Part shown: one piece after another, positions 49,630-62,855 of the stretch
How positions within the stretch are numbered: position 1 is the stretch's first letter
Layout: each line of letters starts with the position of its first letter
Source: Callorhinchus milii
Taxonomy: Eukaryota
DNA length: 64,000 nt
Assembly: GCF_018977255.1 (NCBI RefSeq)
Contig: NW_024704746.1
Coordinates: 32,860,001-32,924,000 of the forward strand
Reading direction: 5' to 3'
Notes under the pieces: generated by a model
Seen by the model: only the letters and a program-made list of their open reading frames with translations
What the model was told of the DNA's origin: nothing
The model's database searches: none
Translations under genes and position numbers: made by a program

Positions 49630-52600
49630 CTAGGTAGAAAAGGGTGGGGTGCTGTCAGTGTATTATATGAAAGAAAGACTCTTTGCAAGTACTGTGACTC
49701 TTTCACTGAGCTTTCCAGAACTGGCTCCCATTGTATTAGTATTACTTCTGAAGCAGGGCCAGGGAGCAATACAAAGCTGGATGTGCAAACATGCAATTTC
49801 CTTTTTCTCCTTTAGTCGTTCCCACAAAGCAATGATTGACCACAGATATAATTATGTAAGCAGATATTTTGGTTGACCCATTACAACACAATGTAATGCT
49901 CACACATTGACATTATATATCAAAAAGCTGAAAGAACTGCCCCCCGTGGGGTAACATATATGACCTTTGATAACGCATTCCTTGTGATAATTATCACTAG
50001 CAATGCGTTTCTTGCGATCATATCAGAGATACATCAACAGGCCTTCAAATGTGTTTACCTACCGATCATTTTACGGAGCGGTTATAGGTAGAGGTTCTCA
50101 CTATCTCACTGAGGGAGCTCCAACTATGCTGTACCTGACCTGAGAATTAGGAATCTGTTTGATATGAAACTAGATGACTACAATGAGAGACTGTTCTATT
50201 TCCCAGCATTAGATGATTCAACTTGGTGAACATGAAATTCATCAATGCATATATGGTTTTAAAAAAGTAGACATTTCCTTCCCAGTCATATAAAGTCCTT
50301 TTTTGTTGATAATTGGAACTCTCAGTCTAAGATGATACTCCAGCACACTATTGGGGGACTTGCTGTATTGTCTGAGTTGTCATCTTTTAGAGGATGGCCT
50401 TAAAACATGGTTCCATCATGTGGACATTAAAGGTCCCATGACACTGATCAAAAAGGGAAGTGAGGTTCTTTTGGTGTCTTGACCATCAATCCTCCGGATA
50501 AGTTGGCCATTCACCTCATGGCTGTTCTTGGGACCTTCCAAACACACAAATATGTGATGTTTGTCCACCAAACAGACAACCGCACTTTACAGAAATTATT
50601 TGTGTAAATTATTATTTAATCACTAGGTTTAGCCATGAATGCACTATAAAAATTCAAATTCTTTTCTAATGAAATGTAATTTGTGAAGGATAAGGTTGGT
50701 GCTTTTGTATGTGTTTATGAAATAATGCCAACAGAACTGTAATAATATGGTTTCCTCCTCAATAATAGATCTCCCAAACTGCTACTTGTAAACTTTTTTT
50801 ACTTAATATTGAAAGAACTGCTGATTGTTTACAGATGTTTGTGCAACTGCAATACAACGTGGAAAATCTCTGCAGTGAATCATCTCAACCAGCATCACCC
50901 TCTCCCAAACAGTTATATATCGCTGTGTACAGAAAGCCATCTTACCAGAAGTGAAAAAAGGATAATTTGTCTTAAGGGAAATTTAATTTAATTTGTCAGG
51001 AAAAGATTGAAAAATTGGTCACCGGATTTCATCTGTTAGAAAGGTCCAATCATTTTCAGAATTTTAGAGCAACATTTGACAATGTCAAAGTCTCAGCAGC
51101 ATCTGATTCCCACTCGTCTACAAACACTCCTGACGCTTTTACTTTCATAAATAATAAAAATGAACAATCGTTACATTTGGTGTAGCACAACTACATGTCA
51201 GGACAACTCAAAGCACTTCAAGGAATATACCTTATACTATTTTAAAGTGGCCTTGTGTTTTGCAGGCAAAACGTGGCAGCCGATTTGCGCACAAATTTGC
51301 ACACGGTGGCTCGGCCACCGATGGTAGTGGAGAAGGGGCAGGGATGCACAGCAGACTTGTGTAAGCTGAGCGGGGGAGCAGAGTATGAGTAGACCTGTTT
51401 ATTAAGAAAGAATCGGAACTATAGACAGCTCTGAGTTCAGTCCTAGAAATCAAAGGTTCCAAGAAGAAGGTGACCTTGCATTACATTGGTTGTATTTTTT
51501 TTCACTGCCACAGTTCAGAAGTGCAAATGGTACAAAAGAGCCCAGTGGAGGTACAGCTGTGTTGTGCCAATACCAGGCTGGAGTGAACAGTGTTCCTTTA
51601 CACTCTCTTTACCAGTGCAATAGAAATCGTATCGCAACTGTAATGGCGAAGATGTGGTACGGAGACCATACACACAAAAAACAACATAAATGTGAGTAAT
51701 GCGGAAAGAGCTAAAGTTACATTGAAATTACCACATCAGTTCCAGGGAAAGAAAGTTGAGAGAGAAATGAATGGGGAGGAACTGTTGCTCAGTTAGCGAT
51801 TTGCTTGACAATGGGAAATTAAACTCACAATGAACTAAGACATCTTAAAATATGCCAAAAAAGTAGATGGGGCTCACTAATATGCAATTCAACCTTACCA
51901 AATGAACTCTGTACTTGTATAGGGTCATTATTTAAGATCCTCATCCTCATCCTATAAGTGACTATCTTTCCCTTTCAATTCCCTTCCCTGGAACTTTGCG
52001 CTTTCTAATAGAACTATTCACTATTCACATTTTAGTTTCCAGAAGACTTCAAACAGTACAAAAAGAAGATTAATAGTAGATGTGCATATAGATTATTCAC
52101 TTTTATTTTTAAATTAGCTAAAATATCAAAATTAAAAGCGTAGATCTAGACAAACTGATCACAATAGTCCCTTGTATCCTCTTTTGTATTATGATTTTGC
52201 AAGCCCATTAGCCCAATCCTTGCTTGGCTACAATGGCTTCCAATCCCTCAGTGAATTCAACCTTCCTATGACACCAAATCCATGCATCAACTTGCTTCTC
52301 ATCATACTCGATGCTTGTGAGAACAACGCATTCCATTATATCCATTCCATTTGAAGTCAAGCTCACCATGCTGAATTAAAATCTAGTTTCAATTGAAACT
52401 AAAGCACACTCAGAATTTCAATTGAATTTGTCAGAAACTATGCGAGGTAAACAGAATAACAGAATATGTGACGTTGTTCGTGCATCGCAACTCAAAAGCT
52501 CAACTCAATCCTTAAAAAAGAAACATACACTACTTTGTCTCATTGCTATTCTACACTCAAACATGATAAATCTGGAAGTAAGAACCTCTACAAAAATAAT

Positions 52601-55451
52601 TTCTTTCACAGTAACAGTTAAGCTCTGGGATTTCAACTGAAAGTTTAAATGTATTTTTTCTTTAGAACTGAGGAAAATTACAGTAATTCAAGGAACTGCA
52701 ACTCCCTGACATCTGATAGTGAATAAAGGTTTATATAATGCAACAAGAACATTCAAGAAATGGTACAACATTTTTCTCGTAGATGAAATAAATATCAATA
52801 GCCTGTCTTAGGACCACAGTTTCAATTGCTTTCCAGTAGCAAATTACTCCTTAGTTAAACAAACATTGTGAACGATAGTTATATAAGAGCCAAGATTCTA
52901 TCGGAATACACTATTAAAACCATTATAATTGTATTCTGCAGTAAGTACATCTCTTTGAGAAGTCTCAAAGACATGATAAGGTGTTATATCAAATGCAATG
53001 ATTATTATTATAAGTAGGTTTATTTGTAAAGGGCCTGTTCTCTAACTTTTGGCAACACAAAATAAAACATTCTTGCTTTTATAAACTCTCCTCTAACTAG
53101 ATTCCTCAGTTTAGACAGAGCAGTTTCATATTCAAAAATACTACACAACAAATAATGACCCTTAGGTGTGTGGTCTTTAACTATAATAGTAAACTAATAC
53201 TAGTTTACTGTTGATCTCCCTGATAGTGCTTTGGCCTGATCTGTCTAATCCGGATCAGAAAGTCTTGATTAAATTACCCTGATCCTCAGCTATTTTTGCA
53301 AGATTGGGAATTTGAGATTAATGTAGTCTGCTTGAAAATAGCACAGCTTGTAACTCTCTCTCACTAAGCAAATATACAGCAAAATGCCACGTATTTTTAG
53401 ATTGTCTACTGTTGGAAGGGATTTGAACATCGGATGCCAAGTCTTTAATAAATTGTTTTCTTGAAATATTGGAAGGGTGTGCTTCTTAACAATTACCAGA
53501 TGTACAATAAGTTGGAGAATGTCTCAAAGCACATGATGTGGGACTGTGTGGGGCACAGGGCACGGTAAGAAGTAGGGGGAAATGGAAACGGTGATTAAAG
53601 GCAAGGCCAAAGAGGTAGTTTTTTTGACAAGTTTCTGACATCAGGGAGTCTCTAGAGGATACATTGTGGAGGGATTTTGGAATCCCGCTCTACATTCAGT
53701 AAAGATTGTTTTTTGAGCTGCAGGACTTTAACATAAGAGAGTGAGGCTGTGGCTCTAGGAGACTGAAGCGGCTGAACACCAATAATATGAGTTCGGAAAA
53801 GTACTTGTGAATGCCAGAGACTACGTGGCTCTGCTATGCAAGCAAAAATGCACTATTTGCTTAGTGAGAGAGAGTTACAGAAACAGAAAGATTGGGCCCT
53901 CCTGAAGGGCAGAGAGGGGAAGGACGGAGAGATGGTTTGATTCTGAGATCATGGCTCAAGTGGTGGAAATGACAGAGAGAATCTGATGGATGTGAAGGCT
54001 GGTAGATAAGTCACGACTCAAACACATTGAAACCCACTTCAGATTTGGGTACGAGACCTGAACTGTTTTGAGTTTGGATTTCAGATTTGCATGTGCCTGG
54101 AAATGTGGCTGCCACCTCACTTGTTTCCACGCATCCAATTCAAGCAAGTTTTCCTCTATTTATTTTGACCATTAGGCAGATTACAAAAGGTTTTGAAAAA
54201 AAATTGCTGAGAGTAAAGCTTACTTCATTTCAACACATGCGGGCAAGCAAAGGTAATAGAAATGTTATGGGTACTGCCATAAAATACAGCCAGTGTAAGA
54301 GTGGGATAAAAAGCAGCTGAAGATCAAAACAAGATAATATAAAAGTAAAATCTGAACTGCTTTTGACTGAATTCAATTCTGTTGACTTTACCAGTAAGGG
54401 CAGTAATAGTTGGTATTGAGCAGATACTTTAATAGCACTCTTTTTATGACGACACAAACAACTGTATTTGTATACGTTTCTTCAGAGCACATAAAACACT
54501 TTGATACAATGCTACTCCGTGCGTTTTAACATTAGAAACATTAGTGCTGCTTTGTCTGCTCCAAAAGGATATCCTTACATCTGCACATTCTTTTGTCAGA
54601 ACATGCAGATGGTAAACATCATTTTAATGCTTAGCCTATGATTTCACATAACCACACCAAAGGCCTCCTGACAGTGTGTGCTCAAAGTCAACAAGAGAGC
54701 AGAGTCTACAGGGAACTTGTGTTCATCGTAGAAAACAAAGAATACCTGGAGAGAACTTACACATAGTTCAGAAGTATAAATCCTTTTTAAAAAAAAAAGT
54801 AATACAAACTCCAAGTTTTAAACGATAGACTAAAGGTCACTTATCCAACTTTGCCGTTTACTTTTTTTTACTGTTTATAACGCTGGGAGCAAAGCAATTA
54901 TAAGTATTGTATTGACAGTATTACCACTCTAAATGTCTACTTAACTGCAATGCTACATGAAAGTAATCTTGAATACCTGAATATGCTTTGAGACCATATC
55001 ACTCGAGGAGTTTCGCAAGGTTATTAAAGTCCATCGACATTTTTAAACATTCCATATTCTTAACATCAGAAGATAGTACTTACACGTTTTATTGAAGTAA
55101 AAACATAATCAAAGTCAGTAAACGCCCAATAACTCGACACTGCCTGAACTTATCATTTACACTAAAGTCAATATCCCGGCCATATATATATATTTTTATG
55201 TATGTATGTATGCATGTATGCATGTATGCATGTATGTCTCTAACTAGCTGCTCTGGATAACTCGTCACTGAGCCCTTTCCCTTGGAGTGTGTGCGATTGT
55301 ATGTCAGCAAACTCAAGAACATTTTCTTCCATTGGACAGTAAGAATTATTTTGGTGGCGTGAGTTTGGAATTGGACGTTATACATTTGAACCTTGATGGA
55401 GTTGCTACACTTAAGATGAATTTTGAGTAGACTAACTATAATGGACTTTAC

Positions 55452-55611
55452 CTGGGGTTGTTGGGTCTATTCTGCTGCAGACAACCTCAGAATCACATGG
55501 GCAGTTGTTATCTGCTCTTTGAAATGTGTTGACAATTTCACGAAAGTAATCAAAGTAATCTGTTGGTTTACGGCTGGAACTTTCACAATCATAGTCCATT
55601 TCTTCCAAATC
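55452..55611 (-). CDS. KITLG: KITLG exon 5 (helix D), 160 nt
   Basis: ttcttttag| ... G|gtaaag (phase 0 to 1); encodes DLEEMDYDCESSSRKPTDYFDYFREIVNTFQRADNNCPCDSEVVCSRIDPTTP. Confidence 0.88.
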
Positions 55612-55749
55612 CTAAAAGAATAATCAACGCATTAGTTATTTAGGTAACTTGAATTGTTCTTTTGCAGAATCATGTACTAGGTTTAGATGTCTTGGTCACT
55701 CCCATATGCATAACAAATGCAATTAATCAAACAGAAACCAAAGTAAAGT

Positions 55750-56156
55750 CTGTATTCCCATTGTTTAGAAGGTTAATGAGTGATCTGATTGAGCTATTTA
55801 AAATGATAAAGGGATTCGACAGGGTAGCTACAGAGAAACTATTTTCTGTGGTGGGGAATCCAGAACAAAAGGGCATAGTTGTAAACTTAGAGCTAAGCCA
55901 TTTAGGAGTGAAATCAGGAGGCAGTTTTCATGCAAAGGGTCATGGAAATCTGAAACTCTCTCTCCCAAAAGACTGTGGATGCTGTATCCATTCAAATTTT
56001 CAAGACTGAGGTGGATAGATTTTTATTAGGTCAGGGTATCAAGGGATATTTGGATAAGAGCGGATATTTGGAGTTAAGGTAAGATCAGCCATGATCTAAT
56101 AGAATGGCGGAGCAAGTTTGAGCGGCTGAATAGCCTACTCCTGTTCCTATGTTCCT
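55750..56156 (+). mobile_element. CR1 3' end in KITLG intron 4
   Basis: FRRLMSDLIELFKMIKGFDRV; 3'UTR ends cctactcctgttcctatgttcct. Confidence 0.88.
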
Positions 56157-57049
56157 GTAAACAGATCCAAACAGATGTCATCTTAACAAGATTGGAAATG
56201 TATTAATTGACAGATAAATAATCAATTGGTTCTTTTATCAATTTTTAGTCCTGTTAAGACTGAAACAGTTTTAGCATCTGGCCCAACCAAAATTAGCTAA
56301 TGCCAGCACAGAGGAAGAATCTGCAACCTTCTCGTCTGTATGACCAAATTCTGTACATGCAGCGCCTTTATCTACTATGTCATCAGAGGAATACATAATA
56401 ATAATCATTAATAATAAGTGATGCTTGCATTTGATATAGTGTATTATGGAAACATTATCAAAACATCTCAAAGCACAGGATTTGCATGCTGCAACAGGAT
56501 TTAATGGAATGGTGACTCACTGTAGCCAAGTTGCACAAAGCAATGTCCTACAAAAAGACCTGTGAATGACCTGTTTTATGTGAAGGATTGTTGGCCAGGA
56601 GACTGGAAGAAACTCCCTTTTCTTTTCATGATGCGGTAAGCAATTTAATGACCATATTAACATGGATCCTCAATTTAACATTTCATCTGAAAGATTATAC
56701 CTCTGACAACACAGTGCTATCCCAGCACTGCACTGGATTGACAGCCTCGACTAGGAGCTACCATTATCGGGTTTGAATCTACAACCTTCTGCCTCAGCGA
56801 TCAGAGCCCTGCCAACTGAGCCAGACATAAATTCTACTTTGTTCATTTGAAGTGAACCTCCCATGAAACAAGTGAAAACATATAGAAAATTACATAGATT
56901 TATGTTTTTTCAAGGTATAATGGGTTGAGTATTCCTCCACTGGTACTGAATGGGGAGAAATTCCCTCCAACAATACATTTTTCATTCTATCGTCCTCAAA
57001 GGATTTACTTACAGAATCTTACTAACATCACATTGAGTCAACACTGTAC

Positions 57050-57208
57050 CTTGCTTGCTGCAACCAGGCAACTGTAAATTCCATCCATAATCCGTTGGAG
57101 TTTTTTGATAATTAAATAATTTGATGAGTTTTCTGCAAACTTTCGCAAAAGGCTATCCAGGCTAAGTGACATTTCAGGTACTGTCAAATACATCCAGCAT
57201 GAGTCATT
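57050..57208 (-). CDS. KITLG: KITLG exon 4 (helices B and C), 159 nt
   Basis: ttcccctacag| ... AAG|gtacag; encodes NDSCWMYLTVPEMSLSLDSLLRKFAENSSNYLIIKKLQRIMDGIYSCLVAASK, with the CW, LL.KF, SNY.II and helix-C Cys landmarks. Confidence 0.92.
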
Positions 57209-58407
57209 CTGTAGGGGAAAAAAAACAATGAAAGCAGATGTAATGCAAACAGGGACAAATCTCTGCTAACATATAATTGTGCCATCGTTTTTGATCACTT
57301 TATGCAAAATAATAAGATATGTAAACGTCACCATGCTCAGAGTTCTGCGTATGCTACCTACGCACGGCAATTCCCGTGCACTGGAATGGAACGCAGAAAT
57401 TTCTCCCTGAAGTGATACATTTTGCTGACCTAATTTTGGAGAGCATTCGGTAAGGCTCGCAAGAGCGAAGGAATAAATACACCTGATCTGGATTGACCTG
57501 ATTTCTGATTGTGCGCCTATGAGATATTATTATTGTTGTAGCTTGTTTCCAGCTCCTGATAACTATCCAGGAAAAGTGCAAGTGCAAGCGCACATTGAAC
57601 AAGCACGGTTTAGATATTATACTTTTAGGACAGAGATCAGCAAGTACTTCTTTCAGAGAGGGTAATCAATAACTGGAAGGGTTACCAGGAAGGGTGGTAG
57701 ACATCAGGACACTGCAGGGGAGAAATTCCACCTGGTCCTGGATTGACTCTTATTAAACAAATTTTGGACTTTAGCAAATTCTTATATGTAGCCTTAATTG
57801 TGAAGCCTTTTTTCTGTACGTTTCTTTGAAGAACTACAGAGAAACAACTTCAAAGTTAAGATTGAACCACTACTACTGATAATAATCCTTACATTTGATA
57901 TAGCGCCTCATCATGTCGTTGAGGGGTCTCAAAGTGCTTCACAGGATATACTGTCAGGTGGATTGACTGTGTATTTTGTGGATGCATTGAAATGTTACTT
58001 TAATAGGGTAAATCTAGACCCAGGTGGAATTTCTCACTTTGGACTTATTTAAGAATCCGCTTCATACAGCGTTAGTAGGGTGACAGGATGAGAGCAAACA
58101 GAAAGGCCTTTTCATCCATACCAAAATTGTGATTTCATGACCAACATAGTTGAATAGCATTCAGACTCTCCCACTCCAGCCTCACACATGAATGGGCACA
58201 TGGGCTTCCTATAGCAAGGTTCCAGTTCTCATGAAATCATATCCAGTGCAAGCTATTGTTTTCAGGAAAGCTATAGGAAGCTTTTTTTTAAAACTAATAC
58301 TCAAAGAGCTCCCATCACTTTAGGCATGAGACACATTTTCTCATTCTACAACTTTTCTTATGTCAGGGAGCTATGTGTTAAAATCATATTAAGTGGGATA
58401 TACATAC

Positions 58408-58470
58408 CGCATTTGCTATTTTTGGAAAAAAATTGATCTCGATTGAATAATCACTTGGTAAATTTCCAAC
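58408..58470 (-). CDS. KITLG: KITLG exon 3, 63 nt
   Basis: ttattcccag| ... GCG|gtatgt; encodes VGNLPSDYSIEINFFPKIANA (SCF V.NLP.DY motif); same length as recalled mammalian exon 3. Confidence 0.93.
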
Positions 58471-58787
58471 CTGGGAATAAGAAGAGAGAATGTTTATAAA
58501 ACTTGATATATTGAATAAGCCCTCCAATGAATATGATTGTCTCAGCTGGAGCTCACAGTTACTTAAAATTAATACAAATAATACCAAAATATTGCAATAC
58601 ACATTGATTTAGGGGCACAAATGAAACATTTATTACGCTGCAAAACTAATCAGCCTAAAAACAAAAGCACAACTGCTCAACCGTTAGCTCGACCACGATC
58701 AAATATAGTACTAGAGATTGTCAAATGTCAATTTATAAAACAAATTGCTTTCTAATTATTCCTAGCCTAGAATATGAACCTTTAGAG

Positions 58788-59184
58788 CAGTGGTTTTCAA
58801 ACTTTATTTGTGGGGCCCTACTTCGGAGCTTAATGTCCCATATTTGCCACCATATTTTTTTCAACATACCATGTTTGTGCGCTCATGGGGAGATATGGGC
58901 TCATCTCTCTCTTGGCTTCTTGTCCCCGGGCTGGTTAGCAATCGATATTTCAATCGGACAGAAGAGGCCAAACCGATATTTTGTGTGTGTGTGTTTGCGT
59001 GTGCGTGTGGCGTGTGTGGGAAGGGGTTCTCTCTCTCTGAGGCCCGTCCTCTCCTCACAATCAGCTTCTCTCCCCCCCTCCCCCCAGGCTTGGGTAAAAT
59101 GCTGATAAAGCAAGAAAAAAAAATTACCCAGTAACCTGTTTATGTATCCCCAGGGGTACATGCCATCCAGTTTGAAAACCCTTG
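58788..59184. mobile_element. Non-autonomous hAT (Charlie-like) DNA transposon / MITE
   Basis: Terminal inverted repeats cagtggttttcaaact (58788-58803) and agtttgaaaacccttg (59169-59184); flanking 8-mers ctttagag and ctttagtc match at 6 of 8, consistent with a decayed hAT target-site duplication. Confidence 0.75.
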
Positions 59185-59862
59185 CTTTAGTCAGTGTATC
59201 CAAACCAGACCAGAGTTCCACAAATGTATGCAACATGCACTTGGAAATTTTCTTGTGTCTGAAATGGGGTGCACGCTCCCAGAGAGATGCACCCTGCTTA
59301 GCTAATTCTAGAGAATATTAGGTACAGGTTGGCAAGGGTCAAGGCTCTGGGACCTGGCTGTAGGTCTTGGGTATTGCTGAAATTTCGCCAGCCAAAACTT
59401 TAGCTTGCAGGGCTAATAGGAGTGTATGGGAAGAATCCTTGCCTCAGTGACTGGCCTGCCCCTGTAAGTCTTGCCGATGAGCCAGCCACTTCCTCTGTCT
59501 ACCACAAATCCATCTCACTGCTTGGTCCTGGATATTAGTGACACAATGTGATATCTGGTATTATGGACTATTGTTGGAGTGGTCATTTTGACATATAAAA
59601 ATGAATTTCAAATATATTACTCCTATTTATCTCTAACCTTCCACTGCACTGGAGGCAGATGTTTGTCAAATAGCTAATGATGAAATTCTGGGGCTTGATG
59701 ACATTTGCACTCTTCACTTTCTGAGGTTGGCTGAGATCAGCCTAGAATAGGACTCAAACTTGTTTCTTTCTGGTCTTTAAAGACTAGCATTGCATCAGGC
59801 AGGAACTTTACCAAATTGTCCATTGTTGGAGCACCAAACATCATATGGGTTCTTGTACTTAC

Positions 59863-59976
59863 CAATTTATCAATATCTTTTATATCATCAGTCACTGGGT
59901 TTCCTTTTTGGCATATATTTTCTCCAAATAAGGTGGTCAGAAACAACTGCAAGTAGATAATGCTGTTTATTAAAGT
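59863..59976 (-). CDS. KITLG: KITLG exon 2 (signal peptide end and helix A start), 114 nt
   Basis: Minus-strand ttttgtgttgcag| ... TTG|gtaagt; encodes TLINSIIYLQLFLTTLFGENICQKGNPVTDDIKDIDKL, matching the SCF pattern IYLQL...C.NPVTDD..D..KL; TMTC3-KITLG adjacency is conserved in vertebrates. Confidence 0.93.
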
Positions 59977-62855
59977 CTGCAACACAAAAGAAAAAAGAAG
60001 TTATTTTGGTTGCATCTTGTCCTATGTATGTTGGCCCCTCAATCTCAGGAGGCTCCGATAGGCAAGATACGTCAGTCTCCTGGGACCTTAATATAATAAT
60101 CCTTGCATTTAGTCTTTGTATCATCCACAAATGGCAGTGGTTTGATAACTGCAGCAGTGCATTGAAACAGCTGGTAAATTGTCCAACCCAAAATCTTAGC
60201 GCCTCAGGGAATTGCATACAAGTTTATTACCTAGTTGGCTGCCACTTACCACTTTCATCATTATTTTGTTATTTATTACCGATATAATCAGGTACTTGGA
60301 ACTGTTGAAAATGGAAATGTCTGGAAACGCACATAGGGACAATCAGTATTTGGGGACTGATTTTTCCTGCTTGGCTCCTGTTAACCCTGCAAGCCATAGC
60401 CCTTATAGGAGGGTGGTCCTAGATTGTCCCAGATGATATGTTTCCAGTTGGTACTAACAGTGGTAAGCTGCTTAAACTCCAGCAGTACTCAAACCACTGC
60501 CCAAAGTTTGTCCCTCTCCAACCTGAGTCTAATCTTCACTGGAATTAGGTAAACAAAGTGTGTCCCTCTTAAGCAAGAGTGTATACTCCATTCCATACAC
60601 ATTTTCATGGATAGATGTCATGCATATGTCAAACCCTCAGGCTGTTTGGGATTTTCTTAAGTATAGTAATGTGCTACAAAACCCAGCTGACCCAAAATAA
60701 ATCCCAAAAAGGCTAATGTTATGATCTTGACTTTTAATCTGAATTGTAACAATTGGGTTGGGGAAACCACTATATTGGACTAAAAAGGACAAGTAATACT
60801 AGACTGAAAAACAAAGGCATTTGGGGGGGAAAAAAACAAAAATTCCAATCTCCGATCACTATTTACAAATCTACTACAGTATACATCCTGATTCCAGGTC
60901 AGCTGTTGCAGCTCTGCTGAAGGATTGATTCTGGCACATTAAGTTATCTTTCTCTGGCAGAAAGTGAAAAATTTGTGTATTTATGGTTTTCATCTCAGAT
61001 GTGCAGGTCCACAATGTGTTGTGAAGTGAACTGGTTTCCATGCATGGTTAAAACTGGTTGATTTTCAAATTTTCCAAGGAAAAGGAAGCCAGAAATTCGG
61101 GTTTGTAAAGGGCAATTTCAGGTCAGTTACCAGGAAGTAATGTATTTTTTTACCCAGTGGGTAACTAATAGCTGAAATGGATGACCAAGATTGATGATTG
61201 AGGCCAGCATGCTATGTGTAGAGGCAATATGTGAAGCAAGAAGGAAGAAAAAATAAGAATCGGTAATCCTTTTGGACCCTTATTACCAGTTTATAGTCAT
61301 CCTTAAAAGCTCAAAAATACTGCTTTGCTGTGCAACAAGGAATGCAATTATACCTCTTGCCTTGCAGGACGTAGGGTGTTAATATTTATTTTTGTAGTGA
61401 AGCTGGTAACATTTCTATTATGTCAACATTCCCCTGCTGAGGTATAGAGTGCTAAAGACAGGTAAAACTCGCTCTGCCTCAACAACCCCCATTAAACTTG
61501 GCCAATTCTCACAACAGCCATCGTTACAACCCACTGGAGAGAGAGAGAGAGGAGAGAGAGAGAGATTCCCACTTGAGTGCAATTTTGGGGCCAGTTTTGA
61601 GTTCTGTGCCCCCATCCACCATGAGCTGGGCTGAGACTAACAAAACTCATTTCACTGGGTACATTTCCGGCTGGGAAGAGAAAATTGTCATCAGTGCGGG
61701 TAACATTCAAACTAGGCTTCCAAGTGAAAAAAAAACTATTACACAGCTCCCAGTGATCCATTAAGTTTAAACTCTTCTTGCAGCCTCTTGGGTAATGACA
61801 TTGCAGCTTGCAAACTATTTTTAGAATACTCTACAAGAAACCAGGACTTTTCTGCTCTGTTCGGTGCTGAGGGGAGGGTAAGCAGATCACTTTATAAGAG
61901 AGATTTTTTTGAAACAAATATTCTGGACATTTTAACTGAATTGTTTTTTTAAGGATTTGAGGAGTTGTTATCCAGGACAGTCCCTGGGAGATAAAGTGGA
62001 CAATGAATGGATGAAGTCCAAGATAACAGTAGGTTTTGTTTGTATGGTGTTTTGTTCAAAACCATTTCCTTTTTTCTAGTATGCACAAGACCAAATTCTA
62101 GGAAACAATATTCCAGGAAAGAATAGATACTACGAGAGTAAAGCTGAAGATCTACGTCTATGATATTGCCTATGATCAACCCCTCCCCTCTTGCTCAGTG
62201 TCCAACCTGCCACTGTTGCAAGCCAACATAACATAAAAGTTGCTGTTTTGTCTGATTATTTTCTTCCCTCTGGAAATGAAATAATGTATAGAACCCATGA
62301 CAGTACAAGTTGTTCTTGGGCATTAGATCATGTGGGTGTAATGAGCACAATGCCCTTTTCTTACCTTATACATTTTACTGGTCTATAAAAGGGAAGAGAA
62401 TTTGATATCTGTGCAGGAGCACAAACATTGAACAAAATGAATGGATTGTCTTCAAACTGTAAGATTGAATCAATGGGGGACATTTATGCAACACAACGGT
62501 CGTTATTGTCTGTAAATTTGTCCGTTGTACGGAAACAATAAAGATAAGATTGTCAGTGTACAGTACAAGATATTTGTCAGAAACAGTAATGTAGAATACT
62601 GTTTGCTTAATTTAGTGCTTCCTAATCAGTACTTGCATTGTAGCTGGGGGTGGGTGGTAGGGGGTGGAAATCATAAAAATACATAGTGGGGTAGTCAAAT
62701 AATGAAAAAAAAGGTGAACTTTCTCCCTCTCAAATCCTCTACCAATGAGCGGCAAGAACTTCTGGAATATTACTGTGTTGCACTTTAGTCTTTGCATTTA
62801 ATGAGTAACATCTCACAAGTTAGCTCGTGCATTCATTATTCACAATTGTATACTT

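Noticed and set aside
45254-51691. Plus-strand exon-like units (about 45254-45323 and 51514-51691) hinting at an antisense lncRNA
   Set aside because: Isolated AG/GT pairs are expected by chance in long introns and there is no independent support.
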